Below, piece after piece: positions 23,164 through 36,100 of a stretch of 64,000 nt of DNA. This DNA is from Azolla caroliniana. Lineage: Eukaryota > Plantae > Polypodiophyta. The first letter of the stretch is position 1. Every line of letters begins with the position of its first letter. The stretch covers positions 10,478,001 through 10,542,000 of the forward strand of contig JBHGNT010000022.1 of the NCBI GenBank assembly GCA_043228905.1, read 5' to 3'. Below the pieces are notes generated by a model that was given only the letters and a program-made list of their open reading frames with translations, searched no databases and was not told the DNA's origin. Made by a program: the position numbers and the translations under genes.

Positions 23164-25412
23164 GGATGCAATAGCCTGTCATGAAATTTATAGTTTCCTG
23201 GACGGGTTCAGCGGCTACAATCAGATCCGGATGCACCTCGATGATTAGGAGAAAATCGCTTTTGTTACCAAATGGGGAGTATTCGTCGCCGTAGTCATGA
23301 TGTTTGGACTTAAAACGACGTTGGCAACCTTTCAGCGAATAATCATGGAGATTTTCGGAGAATTTATTCCAGCATTCATGCAAGTGTTCTTAGATGATTT
23401 CGCTGTGTACAGCCAGGAAGGGGAACACCTCCAATACCTCCGATTATGTCTTGAGAAATGTAGGGTTTACCGGTTAAGCCTTAACCTGGCAAAATGCGTG
23501 TTCGGTGTGTCAAGCGGTGCACTACTAGGCCACATCGTTAGCAAGGACGGTATTGCAATAGACCCAGACAAGGTCAAAGCAATTTTGGAGGCACCGGCAT
23601 GCACCACGGCGAAAGCATTAAGTTGGTTCCTAGGACAAATCCGGTGGCATAGCTGGATGCTCTGGTTTCTAGCAGACCTGGCCACACCATTGCATGCCGC
23701 AGTGCACCGGACACCGTTTTAATGGACGGACACAGAAGAGAAGGCTTACCGGGCATTAAATGTACTACTATCACAAGCATCGGTGGTGCAACCTCTGGAT
23801 TGGTCTAACGAATTCCATGTATTCGTAGACGCATCCGACATACCAAGTTCCAACACTATCTGTTGGGGAGGAAATTTTCCTTTCATGTAGATCATTCGAC
23901 GGTACTTTACTAGGTCTCGAAGTCATCACTCATGGGTAAGCTGGCCCGGTGGATGTTATTATTACAGGAATTTGAGTTGGAGATATTCCACCGGCCAGGC
24001 ATACAACATACGGTTGTGGATTATTTGAGCCGGTTAGACTCCGAAGAAATCGGTGACGGAGTCCTAGACGAATTTCCGGATGCAGACTTGTTTAGGGTCA
24101 CAATAGATGGTGCGATCGCCAAGGAGGACAAGTGGCTCACTAACATGCACCAATTCTTGAGCATTGGATTACCTCTAGAGGAGATGAACAGAGACAAGCA
24201 GAAAAGATTAGCAGTACAAAGTTGACACTTCTGCCTACTACACGACACACTGTATTGTACCATAAAGGCGCGGATGGAATATGGCGGCGTGCGGTGCACA
24301 GCGAGGAAAAAGACCAAATATTGCGCGAAGCACACTCCGGCGTTGCCGAAGGGCATTATGCTAGGGACGCTACGGCAAGGAAAATATGGCAGAGTGGCCG
24401 ATGGTGGCCAACAACATTAAAAGATGTCGTCCGGTATGCTAAAGAATGCGATTTGTGTCAGGGGATGGGCCAACCAACGGAACAGGTAAGAATGCCTCAC
24501 CAGCCGGTGCTGCCATTGGAACCATTTCAGAAATGGGACCTGGACTTCGTCGGCCCATTTAAACCACCAGCAATGAGAACCGGCAACCGATAGGTGATTG
24601 TCGCTACGGACTACTACACCAAGTGGGTGGAGGCCAAAACACTACGTGACAACACCGCGACATCCACGACAAAGTTTTTGTATGATTATATCTGGTGTTG
24701 GTATGGATGTCCGATCGAGCTAATCAGCGATCAAGGTGGGCATTTCCTAGGACAAGTGGTGGAAAGCTTGACGACATTCTATGCGGTGGTGCACAAGCGA
24801 AGCACTCTATATTATCCGCAAGCCAACGGATTAGCCGAATCCACAAATAAGACACTACAAAACATCCTCCGGAAAATCGTCAATGAGAACCGGATGGATT
24901 GGGATACAAAGCTACACAGTGCACTCTGGGCCTACCGGACAACATATAAGACAAGTATCTGGACAATGCCTTTCCGATTGACATTCAGATTGGAAGTGGT
25001 AATGCCGATCGAATTCCAGGTTCCTAGTTTGCGGTTACAGGTTAGGGAACGCCTGAATGAGAAGGAGTCGGAAACCATCCAGCTAGCAGCACTATGCAAA
25101 CTGGAGGAACACCAGATAGCCAGCCTGATGCACATGGAACTGGAGCAACGGAGAAGGAAAGCGTTCGTTGATCGACATGGGAAAGGTAACAAAAAAAGGT
25201 TCGGGATCGGCAAGCCAGTACTTGTATTCCAGACCCGGATGGGTAAGATGCCGGGGAAGCTACGGTTTCGGTGGACCGGACCATATTGGATTACACAGGA
25301 GTTCAACGGTTCTTACCAACTAGGAACACTCGCCAGTGAAGTGATGGGTAAATGGGTGAATGGGTTTCGACTCAAATCATACTATGGACCCATGTCAAGG
25401 AAAACCGTTTGA
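23164..25412 (+). pseudogene. E3 RT, RNase H (partly deleted) and integrase, degenerate
   Basis: Motifs FLDGFSGYNQI, MFGL, QVFLDDFAVY, DASDI, LDFVGP and ISDQGGHF. Confidence 0.9.
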
Positions 25413-25879
25413 GCAGACAAAGGCTAACACCGCACCGGACACCGGTAAGCACGACGAAACGATAACCGGTCATGCAAGCGGCAAGCACAATCCGGAGAAG
25501 GGTCCATTTGGGCTGGATACATATTAAGAAAATCGAATTAGAAAATATAAATAAAAAATCAAATCAAACCCAAACTACCACATGCAATGAAAAGGAGGAG
25601 TGAACAGGCACTTTGAAAATCCAAGTAGTGGGCTATTTATAGCGCATTAAAATGCCGACACATGGCACTTCATTGCCATTATAGTGCACGACATTTGCAT
25701 GCGCAAGAATCGAGAAAGGCGCGAACATGCAGAAAGAAAACCTACACCGCATGGAGGCCTTCTCATTTCGTGAACAGAGAATTGCAAACGCACACAAGCG
25801 ATTGAAGATAAGCAGACGTTAGCACCTAGAGCCCCCTAACGCACCTACCTCACCAACAACCACCAACTCGGAAGGAGAA

Positions 25880-28830
25880 ATGGACTGCATGATGCTCTCT
25901 GAGGCAGCCAAGAATTGGTTAAAGCAACACGGATTGGAAGGATTCTTGAGGATCATGGAGGCACCACCACACAAAGAGGCGGAAAGGGTTATCAGAGCCA
26001 TCGACACAGAAGTAATCATAGAAGAGGCCATTCGTGCCCTGACAGGCCTACCCGAGGGCGGCATCTTCACGATCGACAACCCTACCCCGGAGCAGCTCAC
26101 GAAATACTTCAGTGAGTATTCTCTGGCCAGCAAGGCATATCGCACACAGGGCGGCGAGGATGGCTTATTTTGGGAGATTGCTCGTGTACTGCACGAGTAT
26201 GGCCATGTGTAACTTCGACCCCCGGCAATGCCTAGGATCAGAGCCAGGTTAATTATCGCCACAGATGAAGGTATACAGGTGGACTGGTCGGTGTTGATCG
26301 CCGATAGACTACGTGCGGCCATCGACTTGGTAAGAGGGAAGGATGGAAGGAAAATATAGTCAACGATGGCGCAATGGCTCACACTGTTAGCACCACCAGT
26401 GGAGCGCAACACGGCAAAGAAGCGGGGAAGAACAGCCGAAGGAACCTCCAAAATGGCTTCAAAACGACAGCAACTATTGGCAACCAAGGCAACCAAGGGG
26501 AAGGAGGCTGACATTGAGAAAACGATAAACGAGTGGCCTAACCAGGCGAAGACGTAGGAGGCAACACTGACACGGCCAATAAAAATTACATTTCGCCAAC
26601 CAGGTCAACAGGAGCTAGATCCCTTGGCCATGAAAATAAATCTTGGAACTCGGGAGGAGGAAACGGTGGAGGAGCCCAGTGAGCACCTCCAGCGGCGCTA
26701 GAAGAAGAGCACTGCAGACCATGCCAGGCAGCAATCGGGTCCAGAAAAGGATAGGACGCTGATACCCCGCACTGAGGGCCCAGAGCCAAGGGTGGAAGCG
26801 GAACCGGTTTAAACAGAACCGGTCACAGAAGTCCTTGTGCCGCAGGCTCCACTGGCAGGTCAGAACATGAGAAAACCCGTGATTCAGGAGTCGGTGATTT
26901 AGTTGTCTACATCACCGGCACAGTAGGACCAACCAGAGCTGGAATGGTCGACTCAGGCACAACCAGAGCCGGTACTACCAAGTGGTACCCAACCAGAGCT
27001 AGAGCTGTCAACCAGACCAAATCGGACATTGGCAAGCGCTAAAATCAGCCAACCCTCCGCGCTGACACAACCACAAGGCACCAGCAGCCAATGGATGCGG
27101 TGGATCAGTGAGCAAATAGCTGGAGTGGTCCATTATATGGAGGCAAAGGAGAAAGCACAAGTGGACCGGTTGCTAGCCACAACCGAAGAAATAGAGAAGG
27201 CCCGGTCCAGGATCCGGAGCTTGGAACAAGAAGTGGAAATAGCCAAGGAAGAATTGGCTAAGAAGGTCGTCACAGGACCCCAAGAACAGAAACCAGTGGC
27301 TCCGGTACATGTACATAATAATGAAACACTAGTAACTGTACATAGTAATATGACCCCGGTGCTCGGAACAAACCCGGATATAATTACAGCGCAAGCACAA
27401 GAGCTTGTTGTTCTCAAAGAAGACCTAGTCACACAGGAAGCATTACAGGCCAGGGAAAGAGAATTAAAATGGCAGCGGAGGAGAAAGTCTGAGGAAGGGA
27501 CACCAAGCCTATGACCAGCTTAAGGAAGAGAAAGAAAATGTGCTGCAAGAAAAGGATAAACTCCGAAGGATGGCAGAAACGGAGATCGAGAGACTCAAAG
27601 AAGAGCTTCGACAGCAAAAGGATAGGGAAGACCGAGCTCGCCGCCAAATCAATCAAAAGCTGAAGCAGAAAACAAAAGAGTTTGACCGCCTGCACCGGGA
27701 TTATAAACATGTCGAGTCAGAATACAAGAAGCTCATCACCGACAACAACCGGCAACAGGAGAAGATGTTCGAGCTCCAAAATGAAGTGCAATGAGCGGAG
27801 ACGGCACTAGTGAAAGAACGGGCTGAGAAGGAAACAATACGAGTTGAAGTGGTGCAGGAACGCATGGAACTCCAGATGCAACATCAAGCGGAAACGGAAC
27901 ACGCTACCATGGTCTTACAAAGAGTGCAGACAACGTATCAGAATCAACTGGTGCGCTACAAGGACCAGGAGGTGGTGACGGCGAACCTGATCAAACAGTT
28001 GAAAGATGACTAGCAAGCCGCTGAAGACAAATCGAAGATGGGGCTGGAGCGGATCCTATGCATTGTACATCATGGAAGAATCGAACGAAGCGTTTCATTG
28101 AAGACAACTTAGTATTATGGTGGTCAAAATGGGCGAAGCATGCTGCTGAGCTACACTTGCTGAGGGCGGATGGGAAAACCGGCAAAAAGAAGGCAATGAG
28201 TTCTATAAGCTGGAAAAGGAAGACTTTGCTGTCGTGAAAGATGAATTGGTGGAGGACTTCGTAGCGTTGGCTGATGAACAGAGAACGGTGGTCCGGCAAC
28301 TAGTGGCACAACTGGACAATGATCGGCTGGATAACCAAATCCAGTTTGAAAGTTACGAAAAGGAGAGGCTATGGCAAGAGGCGACGAAGAGCACGAGAAC
28401 AATCAATCTCAGTTCTGAAGAGGCATCGTCGGAGCAAGGGACGGACAGATCCAAGGCCGGGACAAGCCAATCGGATGTAACTCAAGAGGAGCAGCCAAGG
28501 GAGGAAGCGCCGCAACAACCACCAGCACCGAGAGTGGCGCAACAACCATTGGAGGAGCAACGCCCAGAAGAGCTGGAGACCGCGCAACAACAGGAATCAC
28601 AGCAACAACCAACGGAGCAGCAACCGCAGCAACGGTCACAGCCACAGGAGGAGGAGCAGCAGTCCGATCAGACCTCCGAAAAACCCTTAGAGCCCCTTGA
28701 TCAGAGCATTCTGGACATTTTAGACATACAAGGTACTGTCCCACGGGCGTGCCATGTGTTAGCCAGCCGGCAAGGAGGGGAGGACAGTCCAGAATATGAA
28801 AGGGCAGAAACAATCGGAGGTTGTTATTAG
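25880..28830 (+). pseudogene. E3 extra 3' ORF (PMD-like + coiled coil), fragmented
   Basis: Fragments 25880..26212, 26366..26557, 27029..27514, 27540..28013 and 28234..28830 are collinear with the E6 extra ORF. Confidence 0.8.
28738..28754 (+). promoter_or_regulatory. tRNA-3'-end-like sequence replacing the PPT of E3
   Basis: GTCCCACGGGCGTGCCA, then TG, then the 3' LTR. The same motif occurs at 14499-14513 (E4) and 42811-42827 (E6). Confidence 0.75.
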
Positions 28831-29529
28831 GATATTAAGTAATTAAGTAGATTTTGGAGAAGTGAACGGACGGACCGGAATCGGTATGCCGATCCAGATC
28901 CGGACCGGTTCATATTAGTGTGCCGGTTGCCACCGTTTTGTAGGCAGAACCGGTGATCTATAAAAAGGCCTGGTTACATTCTAAATGGCGACAGATAATG
29001 AATAAAGCTCTATTGTCTTATTTCTGTGTATTGATTACCGTTCTGTGCTAATTACTTTCTTTCTTACGCGTGTATTAAGGTTAAGGATATATTGCTTAAG
29101 TAACTGATTAAGGTCCGATTAATCATCGGTCTATCTCTGTTTCATCGTAACACCCTTTGGTGAAATGACTTTTGTACACACCCTGTGTTAGGCTATTGTC
29201 CGGCCCTAAGGAGTAACATACTGCTTTGGCACGACCACATGTTTCACGAACTTTTTAACAAGTTTCCAAGGTTGTGGCCACCAATAACTTCTAGAGATTA
29301 ACTCCAAAGTTTTTGCAACACCAAAATGTCCAACTAGGACATCATCATGGCATTCCTTCATGATACAAATACGACAAAGACCATTTGGGACATACATTAA
29401 GTCGTTCCAGAAAAGAAAACCATCTCGAAACATAAATTGGTCATGGATATTTCATACCTCCCTTATGGTTGAGTTGTTGACTCGATTCTCCTTAATCTCT
29501 TTTGCAACTTTTTTTGAGATGCAAGCTCA

Positions 29530-30974
29530 ACATTGGCCGGATCGTCTGTGCAAGCCGAGAACCGGATCGGTTGGGATTGATCGGTTAGGCCGGACAGGTG
29601 CGAAAACCGAGAGCATAAACCGGTGCGTAGATCGGTACACAAAGAGAAGCCGTAGCGGTGCGTAAACCGCGAGGCCGTTGGGAAGATATTACGCGTAGGG
29701 ATATATTTTGGGAGTTAGTGTAGAGCTCACTTATGAACTTTGAAGTACGTGTCAGTACTTCTGTCAGTCTGTATGGACTTGTATAAAAGTGCTCACTGAG
29801 CACATCCTATGTACAGATTGAGTATTTTCTTGAATTGAGTTTCTTGTGTGTTCTCTTTCCGTCTCTCCCGCGTACTGCAGCTGACATAGCTTGAAAAGAA
29901 AACTATCCAAGAAGAATAGGAAAAACAAAATGGATAGAGGCATGGCTAGCTCGCTTCCTACCGAGAAGCTCGACAGAAACAACTACGTGTCTTGGTCCTA
30001 CAAGATGCACTAGTACCTACTCGGGCACGGTTATTCGAGCTATGTCGACGGAGCAAATGACACAGCACCCGAATCGACACACAAAGATTTCCCGGCGTGC
30101 GAACAGTTGGCGAGTAGAGTACTGTACTACTTCGTGTCTTGTGTGGGCGAACAACTCCTAAGCTACATTCGGGATGCAAAAACCCCAAAAGATGCTTGGG
30201 GAAATCTGAAGAAGATTTTCGCCGCAAGCATTACAACCAGAAAGCTTCAACTCCGATAGGAGCTGAGCAAACTACCACAACATGATTTGTCGGTGGCTGA
30301 TTACACCTCGAAGATCAAAGATATATGTGACTCCTTAGCCTCCATCGATGTGAACGTCAAGGAAGGCGAGATGGTGCAGATTTGTCCCGGGGGACTTGCG
30401 TTGAAGTTCGGTGCATTCCGAAGTGTTGTGTGTACATGGGAGAATACGCCGTTGTTTTTCGACTTAACGTCGATACTCCTTATAGAGGAGAACAATGCGG
30501 GTGAATCGACAAGCACACATGCCGACAACAAGATGTTGTACATGGAAGGAGATAGACCTCGTGGTCATGGCGAACGAGACGAGTCGGTGCGCAATGGAGG
30601 CGGCCGATGGGATCAAGGAAGAAGGCACCGAAGTGATGCCGATAGCAATTCCAGACCCTTCGAAAACAGGGGGAGTCGAGGCAACAAGAACTGGCAAGGG
30701 AAATCCGTTGCAGAATGCTGGTACTGTAGCAAGAAAGGCCACAAGGAGAGCGAGTACTGGAAGATGCGCGCCGATTCAAAGAGGACCGGATCCAGATCGG
30801 GCTCCGAACAAACCGACGAAGGAAATCGACAGCGATTGCACTACGCTGAAGGGTTCGGAAAAGCCGGAAAAGGGTCAGCCTTCGTGATGAGACACAAAGC
30901 AAACTCGATGAAGATATCCACCCCGAAATCGGATGAGGTGTGGTACATCGACTCTGGGGCGTCAAACCACATGA
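29530..30974 (+). mobile_element. Copia A: 5' UTR, gag and start of protease; 5' LTR and 3' part missing
   Basis: MASSLPTEKLDRNNYVSWSYKM, SVADYTSKIKDICDSL, CWYCSKKGHKESE and WYIDSGASNHM, cut at 30974 by an LTR. Confidence 0.85.
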
Positions 30975-33165
30975 TGTTGTCGCGTTGTTACGCGCGTGCG
31001 TGTAGCAGGAGTGGGACCATGGGGGTCTCGAACTAGGGAGTAGAGGAGAAAGAATAAGATATGTTTGGAAGCTTAGCTCAAGAGGAGAATAAGAAAGAAT
31101 AAGATCACGACATAGAAGGAGAGATCGGCGGAGGTAAGATACTCAACAAGATATATTAAAGCAAACGAATGATTACAACAATGGTGGTCGCATGGGCCGC
31201 ACCAAACGACTATGAGAAAACCCTAACCGAGGATGAATAAGGAAACCCTAAACGAAAACCCCAACCCTAAAACAGTAATAACTCTAGACTAAGTGGTATA
31301 CCTTTCATACGCAAAATAGGCAACCCTTCATAAGTGACCGCTCCCTTCCGTTTATAGCCCAAGGAGGGAGGGACCTTACAATGTGGGACAAAATTTCCCC
31401 TCTTATTTCTATACACCATTTCCTAGTACACGTGTGGACATGTTGCACACCACCGACTTGCCCTTTCCACCTCGGTTTCCTCCTATGGAAGAAAATCTTC
31501 ACGATAGCCGCCCCCACAAAACCGCACATCCACCGGTATGTTCCAAGAAGGGGAAATAGGTGAGATCTTCGGCCATGGCGGTCAACCGAGTCCTTAGCGT
31601 CTTTGTCAGCATTGCCCGACTTCGTCTTCCACTTCGAGCAAGCCCATCTGTCCCACATTGACCACTGTAGCCTCCCGGTCCGCCATAGCCGTTGTATGCT
31701 CTTGAACCATCGGCTCCATCCAATCCACCATACTCCACCAGACCTAGTCTTCACACACCTCTCTTTGTCTTCCTTCATTCTCCACGCGTGACCTTGTATC
31801 AAATCCTCGTTCTTCCCAACTGTTTGCCGAATATTGCACCGTGTGCTCTTCGTCCACGCTTGTCTTGCCTAGGCCGCTTCCTCGACTCGGCATTGCCACG
31901 CGCCGAACTTCGTCATCAATCATCCTTGTGCTTGTCACTTGACCCTTACGTGGCCACATCGCACATCTTGCACTCCGCTCCGCTCTGCGTACCCTTTCTA
32001 AAAGGTATGTTTCTTCCCCGACATCCGTGTCAGTGCTTTTGTCTTCGGTGTCCTCCGCAACCTCCGATGTTGCCGCTTCACCCCGAGGTACACCCTCTTG
32101 GTCCGCCTCATATGTCCTCCGAATGCACTCCGGATCTCTCCGATCGCACTCCGGTTTCCACCCTTTGCGTGCCGCTCCTTTGGTTTTATGGTCTCAGCAT
32201 GCCGAACACCTCAGTGTGTCGACCCTTCCCGCTCCACCCTTGCCTTCCATAGGCTCTTCCTGTGCACCGATGTTGTCCCCCGAATATGCGCTCATTCTTT
32301 GGCCCTTAGGAGACCCCATTCCACGTTCCTTGCTTCTCCTTTGCCTGCCGTGCTCTCTCGCCGTAGAGCATACCGCCATCCCGACCTCCGTGTCGATGTC
32401 CCTCGAGGCTCCCGTTACCGCCTCGCCTCAACTTGCGCCCTCTTGGCCCGCTTGGCCTTGCATACCCTCCGGGAAGCCGCCACGTTTTCTCTTCCCGGTG
32501 TGTACCCCGTTGTTCTCCGCGCACCATCCTTTGCTCTCGCCGCCTATCCGCCGATCCCGGCATCTCGCCGCTTCATCTCTCGCTGCGCTTTTGCCTCTTA
32601 AAGGCTCGACCAGACCGCTATCACCGGTCACTCGTTGTGGCTCTTCAGAATACATGCTCATTTCTTGGCCCTCGAGCGGTTATAGAGCATGCTCCGTTTT
32701 ACGCCGTACTGCATACTTCGTACTACGCGCCTCATCCGCCGTAGACCCGACCTCTGCGTTGGTCTCTTCGTCCTTCGTTCCCATAGCCCCTTCCGACTCC
32801 GGCTTGCCATCTTGGTCGTGCTCATCTGTTATCCCGTATTGGATACCCGTTCCGGTATCCTCGTCCACTCCGGCTTCCGACTCGTCGCCGCCACCCGCCG
32901 TCTCTTTGGTCTTACGTCAATCCGCAACCGCCAAAGTCTCAAGGATAGATGTGGAGGGCTCCTCTCGCTCTTGGCCTCCCACCGAGTCGTACTCCTCGTG
33001 CATGCTTGGCCTCCTTCTCGCGCTCACCAGCTCCCACTAGGTGTTGTGGCTCGTTCGCCTCAACCTCCAATCATGCCAACTTAGCCTTCGCCCGAATCGG
33101 TCTCGGCCGATCGAGTTCCGGTTTGGTCGGCTCCATTCAGTAATCGTAACCGGCCGGTACATGTT

Positions 33166-36100
33166 TGACAGGAACTACACGCTCCGATGAACAATGCTCG
33201 GCCACAACCGAGCTTAGAATCAAACACAGAAAATGGGAATGAATGCACGACACAGTGAAGAGAAGAGTACACAGGATGTTTACGTGGAAAACCCAAACTA
33301 GGGAAAAACCACGGCAGCCCACAGGCTGCAAACTATCACTATGTTACAGTGTACAATAGTAAAGCACCGAGGCAACAACCTCGAGCTTTCTATCTTTGCC
33401 ACAGGCGGCGGTTAGAACAGAGGAAACAACCTCTTCGTTTCTCTCTCTCTCTTTGTACACAGTTACGCGCTCTGATCTTACGCAAACAAGAATGACAACA
33501 ACCTCAACTAAAGTTTGCCCTAAGTCATATTTATACTAATATGAATTTTCGGCTATTTACAAATATAGCCACAATGGACTCTCAGAAACATATTTACGAA
33601 TATGTCTCTTCATCCGGTGAGCACTCCTCACCGGGCCTGCATCATCCGACGCTTGCCAGGTACTCGTCATCTGGTTCTCACCGGGTCTGCACCATCCGGC
33701 TCTCCGTAGCCGGGTACTCTTCATCCGGTTCTCACCGGGTCTTCACCATTCGGAGGGACCTGTTTCCTAACAAACTCCCCCTTCACTCTAGCATGGGATG
33801 TCTTACCAGTCCGATCCGATTCCGGGATGCATCCAGCTTGTCGGGTATCAGTACTTTGGTCAGCATATCTGACCTGTTCTCGGCCGTGTGGATCTTTGTC
33901 AGCGCGAACTCCTGTTCATCTATTCTTTCCCGGATCCAATGATACCTACGTTGGATATGCTTCGTCCGGGAATGGTAGACCACATTCTTAGCAAGGTGGA
34001 TGGCACTTTGACTGTCGCAATGGAGCCAGTATTCATCTTGCCGGATACCGAGCTCTCCGATGAAGTCCTTCATCCATAATATTTCCTTGCCGGCTTCCAC
34101 AGCCGCCATGTACTCCGCCTCCGTGGTTGACAACGCAACCGTCTTCTGCAGCCTCGACTGCCACGAAATAACTCCCCCTACATATGTCATTACATACTCG
34201 GATGTGGACCGGCTGGTATCCACATCAACCGACATGTCCGAATCGGTAAAACCGTCAAGTTGAGGTTTTTTGAAGCCGAATCAGAGACACATATGCGAAG
34301 CGCCCTTCAAATACCGGAGTATCCATTTGACTGCGTTCTAGTGCTCCTTGCCGGGATTGCTCATAAACTGGCTCACCACTCCAACTGCGTATCCTATATC
34401 CGGTCAGGTACACACCATTGCGTACATCAAGCTCCCGACGACAGAGGCATATGGAACCTTCATCATATCAGCCTTCTCTACTTTCGTCTTTGGGCTTTGC
34501 TTACCGGATAATCTGCAGTTTGCCAGGAGTGTCGATCCGACCGGTTTCGCCTTCAACATGTTGAACTGCTGAAGCACCTTTGTCACATACTTCTCTTGTC
34601 ACAGCCACAATTGCTTCGTTGGCCGGTTCCGGATGATATGCGTCCCCAGCATCTGTCGTGCCGGACCCAAGTCTTTCATTGAGAAGGTTCAGTTGAGGGC
34701 CTTCTTCAGCATCCGTATTTTGGCTTGGTCCCGTCCAATGATCAACATGTCGTCCACGTATAGAAGGAGTATCAGGAAGTCGCCTCCTTCGAGCTTCTTC
34801 ACAAACACACAGTGGTCAGCCTATGTCTTGTGGTACCCTTGATCGGTCATGAAGGAGTCGAACTTCCGGCACCATGGAGAGCCTACTCCAGTCCGTACAG
34901 GCTCTTCTTCAACCGGCATACCAGGTGCTCCTTCCCTTTCTCCACGAATCCTTCCGGTTGCTGCATGTAGATCTCCTCTTCGAGGTCACCATGAAGGAAT
35001 GTCGTCTTCACGTCTAGCTGCTCTACCTCAAGGTCCATGCTTGCCGCTATACTCAGCACTGTCCGGATGGAGGTCATTTTTACCACCGGGGCAAATATCT
35101 CGTCGAAGTCCACGCTCTTCTTCTGCTGGAACCCCTTCACCACGATCCTAGCTTTGTATCTCGGGGGTTTCCCGGCATCTCCCGGTTTCAACTTGTACAC
35201 CCACTTATTTCGGAGTGCCCGCTTTCCTTTCGGCAACTCCACCAATTCGTACATATGGTTCTCATGCAGGGAATCCATCTCATCCTGCATGGCACTTAAC
35301 CATTTTCGGCTGTGGGTGTCATCGTTCGCTTCTTCGAAGCTTTCTAGCTCCCCCTCATCGGTTAGCAGCACATGCTCAGTATCCGGAAATCTTCGGGGGG
35401 CCCTTCTCTGTCTGAGAGGATATCTCCGTCTCTGGGCTTCGGTAACCGGCTCCTCCATTTGCTCTTCATCCGAATCCGATTTGGGGTCTTGGCCGGTTCC
35501 AGTTCCAGCTTCCTCTACTTCTTCTTCTGCCAGTTCGGTATCCTCACCATAACCAGCTGGTTCCTCGAGTGCTAACCGGTCTCTTGCCGGTTGGGTCTGC
35601 TCATTGTAGAATCGATCCTTACCGGTCGACTCGGAGTTCATTATCTTCTTCTCCGACTCCCAGTCGGCGAGAGTCTTGTCCTCCATGAAGATAATATCTC
35701 GAATCCGGAATACCTTCTTGTCGACCAGGTCCCACACTCGGTAGTCAAACTCATCGTCGCCGTAACCAAGGAATATGCATGGCCGAGTCTTCGGATCTAG
35801 CTTTACTCTCCGGTCCTTAGCTACATGCACATACGCAAGACACCCGAATACCTTCAGATGCCGGTAGGATACTTCCTTACCGGTCCATACTCTCTGTGGC
35901 GTGTCTCCGTCCAAGGGTACTGAGGGTGACCTGTTTATCACATATGTCGCTGTCGATAGTGCCTCAGCCCAAAACTTATTGGGTATTTTTGCATGCGCCA
36001 GCATACTCCGGACCCTCTCCATTATGGTCCGGTTCATCCTCTCGGCCAGCCCGTTTAGTTTCGGCATCTTCGGCACAGTAAATTCGATCCGGATTCCCTT

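Larger units (their letters stand above)
10313..29218 (+). mobile_element. E3: non-chromovirus Ty3/gypsy (Phygy-like) element with extra 3' ORF, nested in the E2 integrase
   Basis: 462-bp LTRs at 10313-10774 and 28757-29218, TSD TATTG/TACTG and PBS TGGCGACCA at 10782. Degenerate gag-pol runs 10830-14040 and 23164-25412; the extra ORF spans 25880-28830. Confidence 0.92.

Noticed and set aside
32027-33084. Long plus-strand ORFs (also 38885..39748, 43236..44300, 25819..26514)
   Set aside because: These are antisense shadows of GC-rich or repetitive TE coding sequence with no independent motifs.
33541-33942. LTR-encoded ORFs (33541..33942, 38215..38952)
   Set aside because: They are open only because of in-frame 54-bp U3 repeats, they are antisense to the element, and they show no protein motif.
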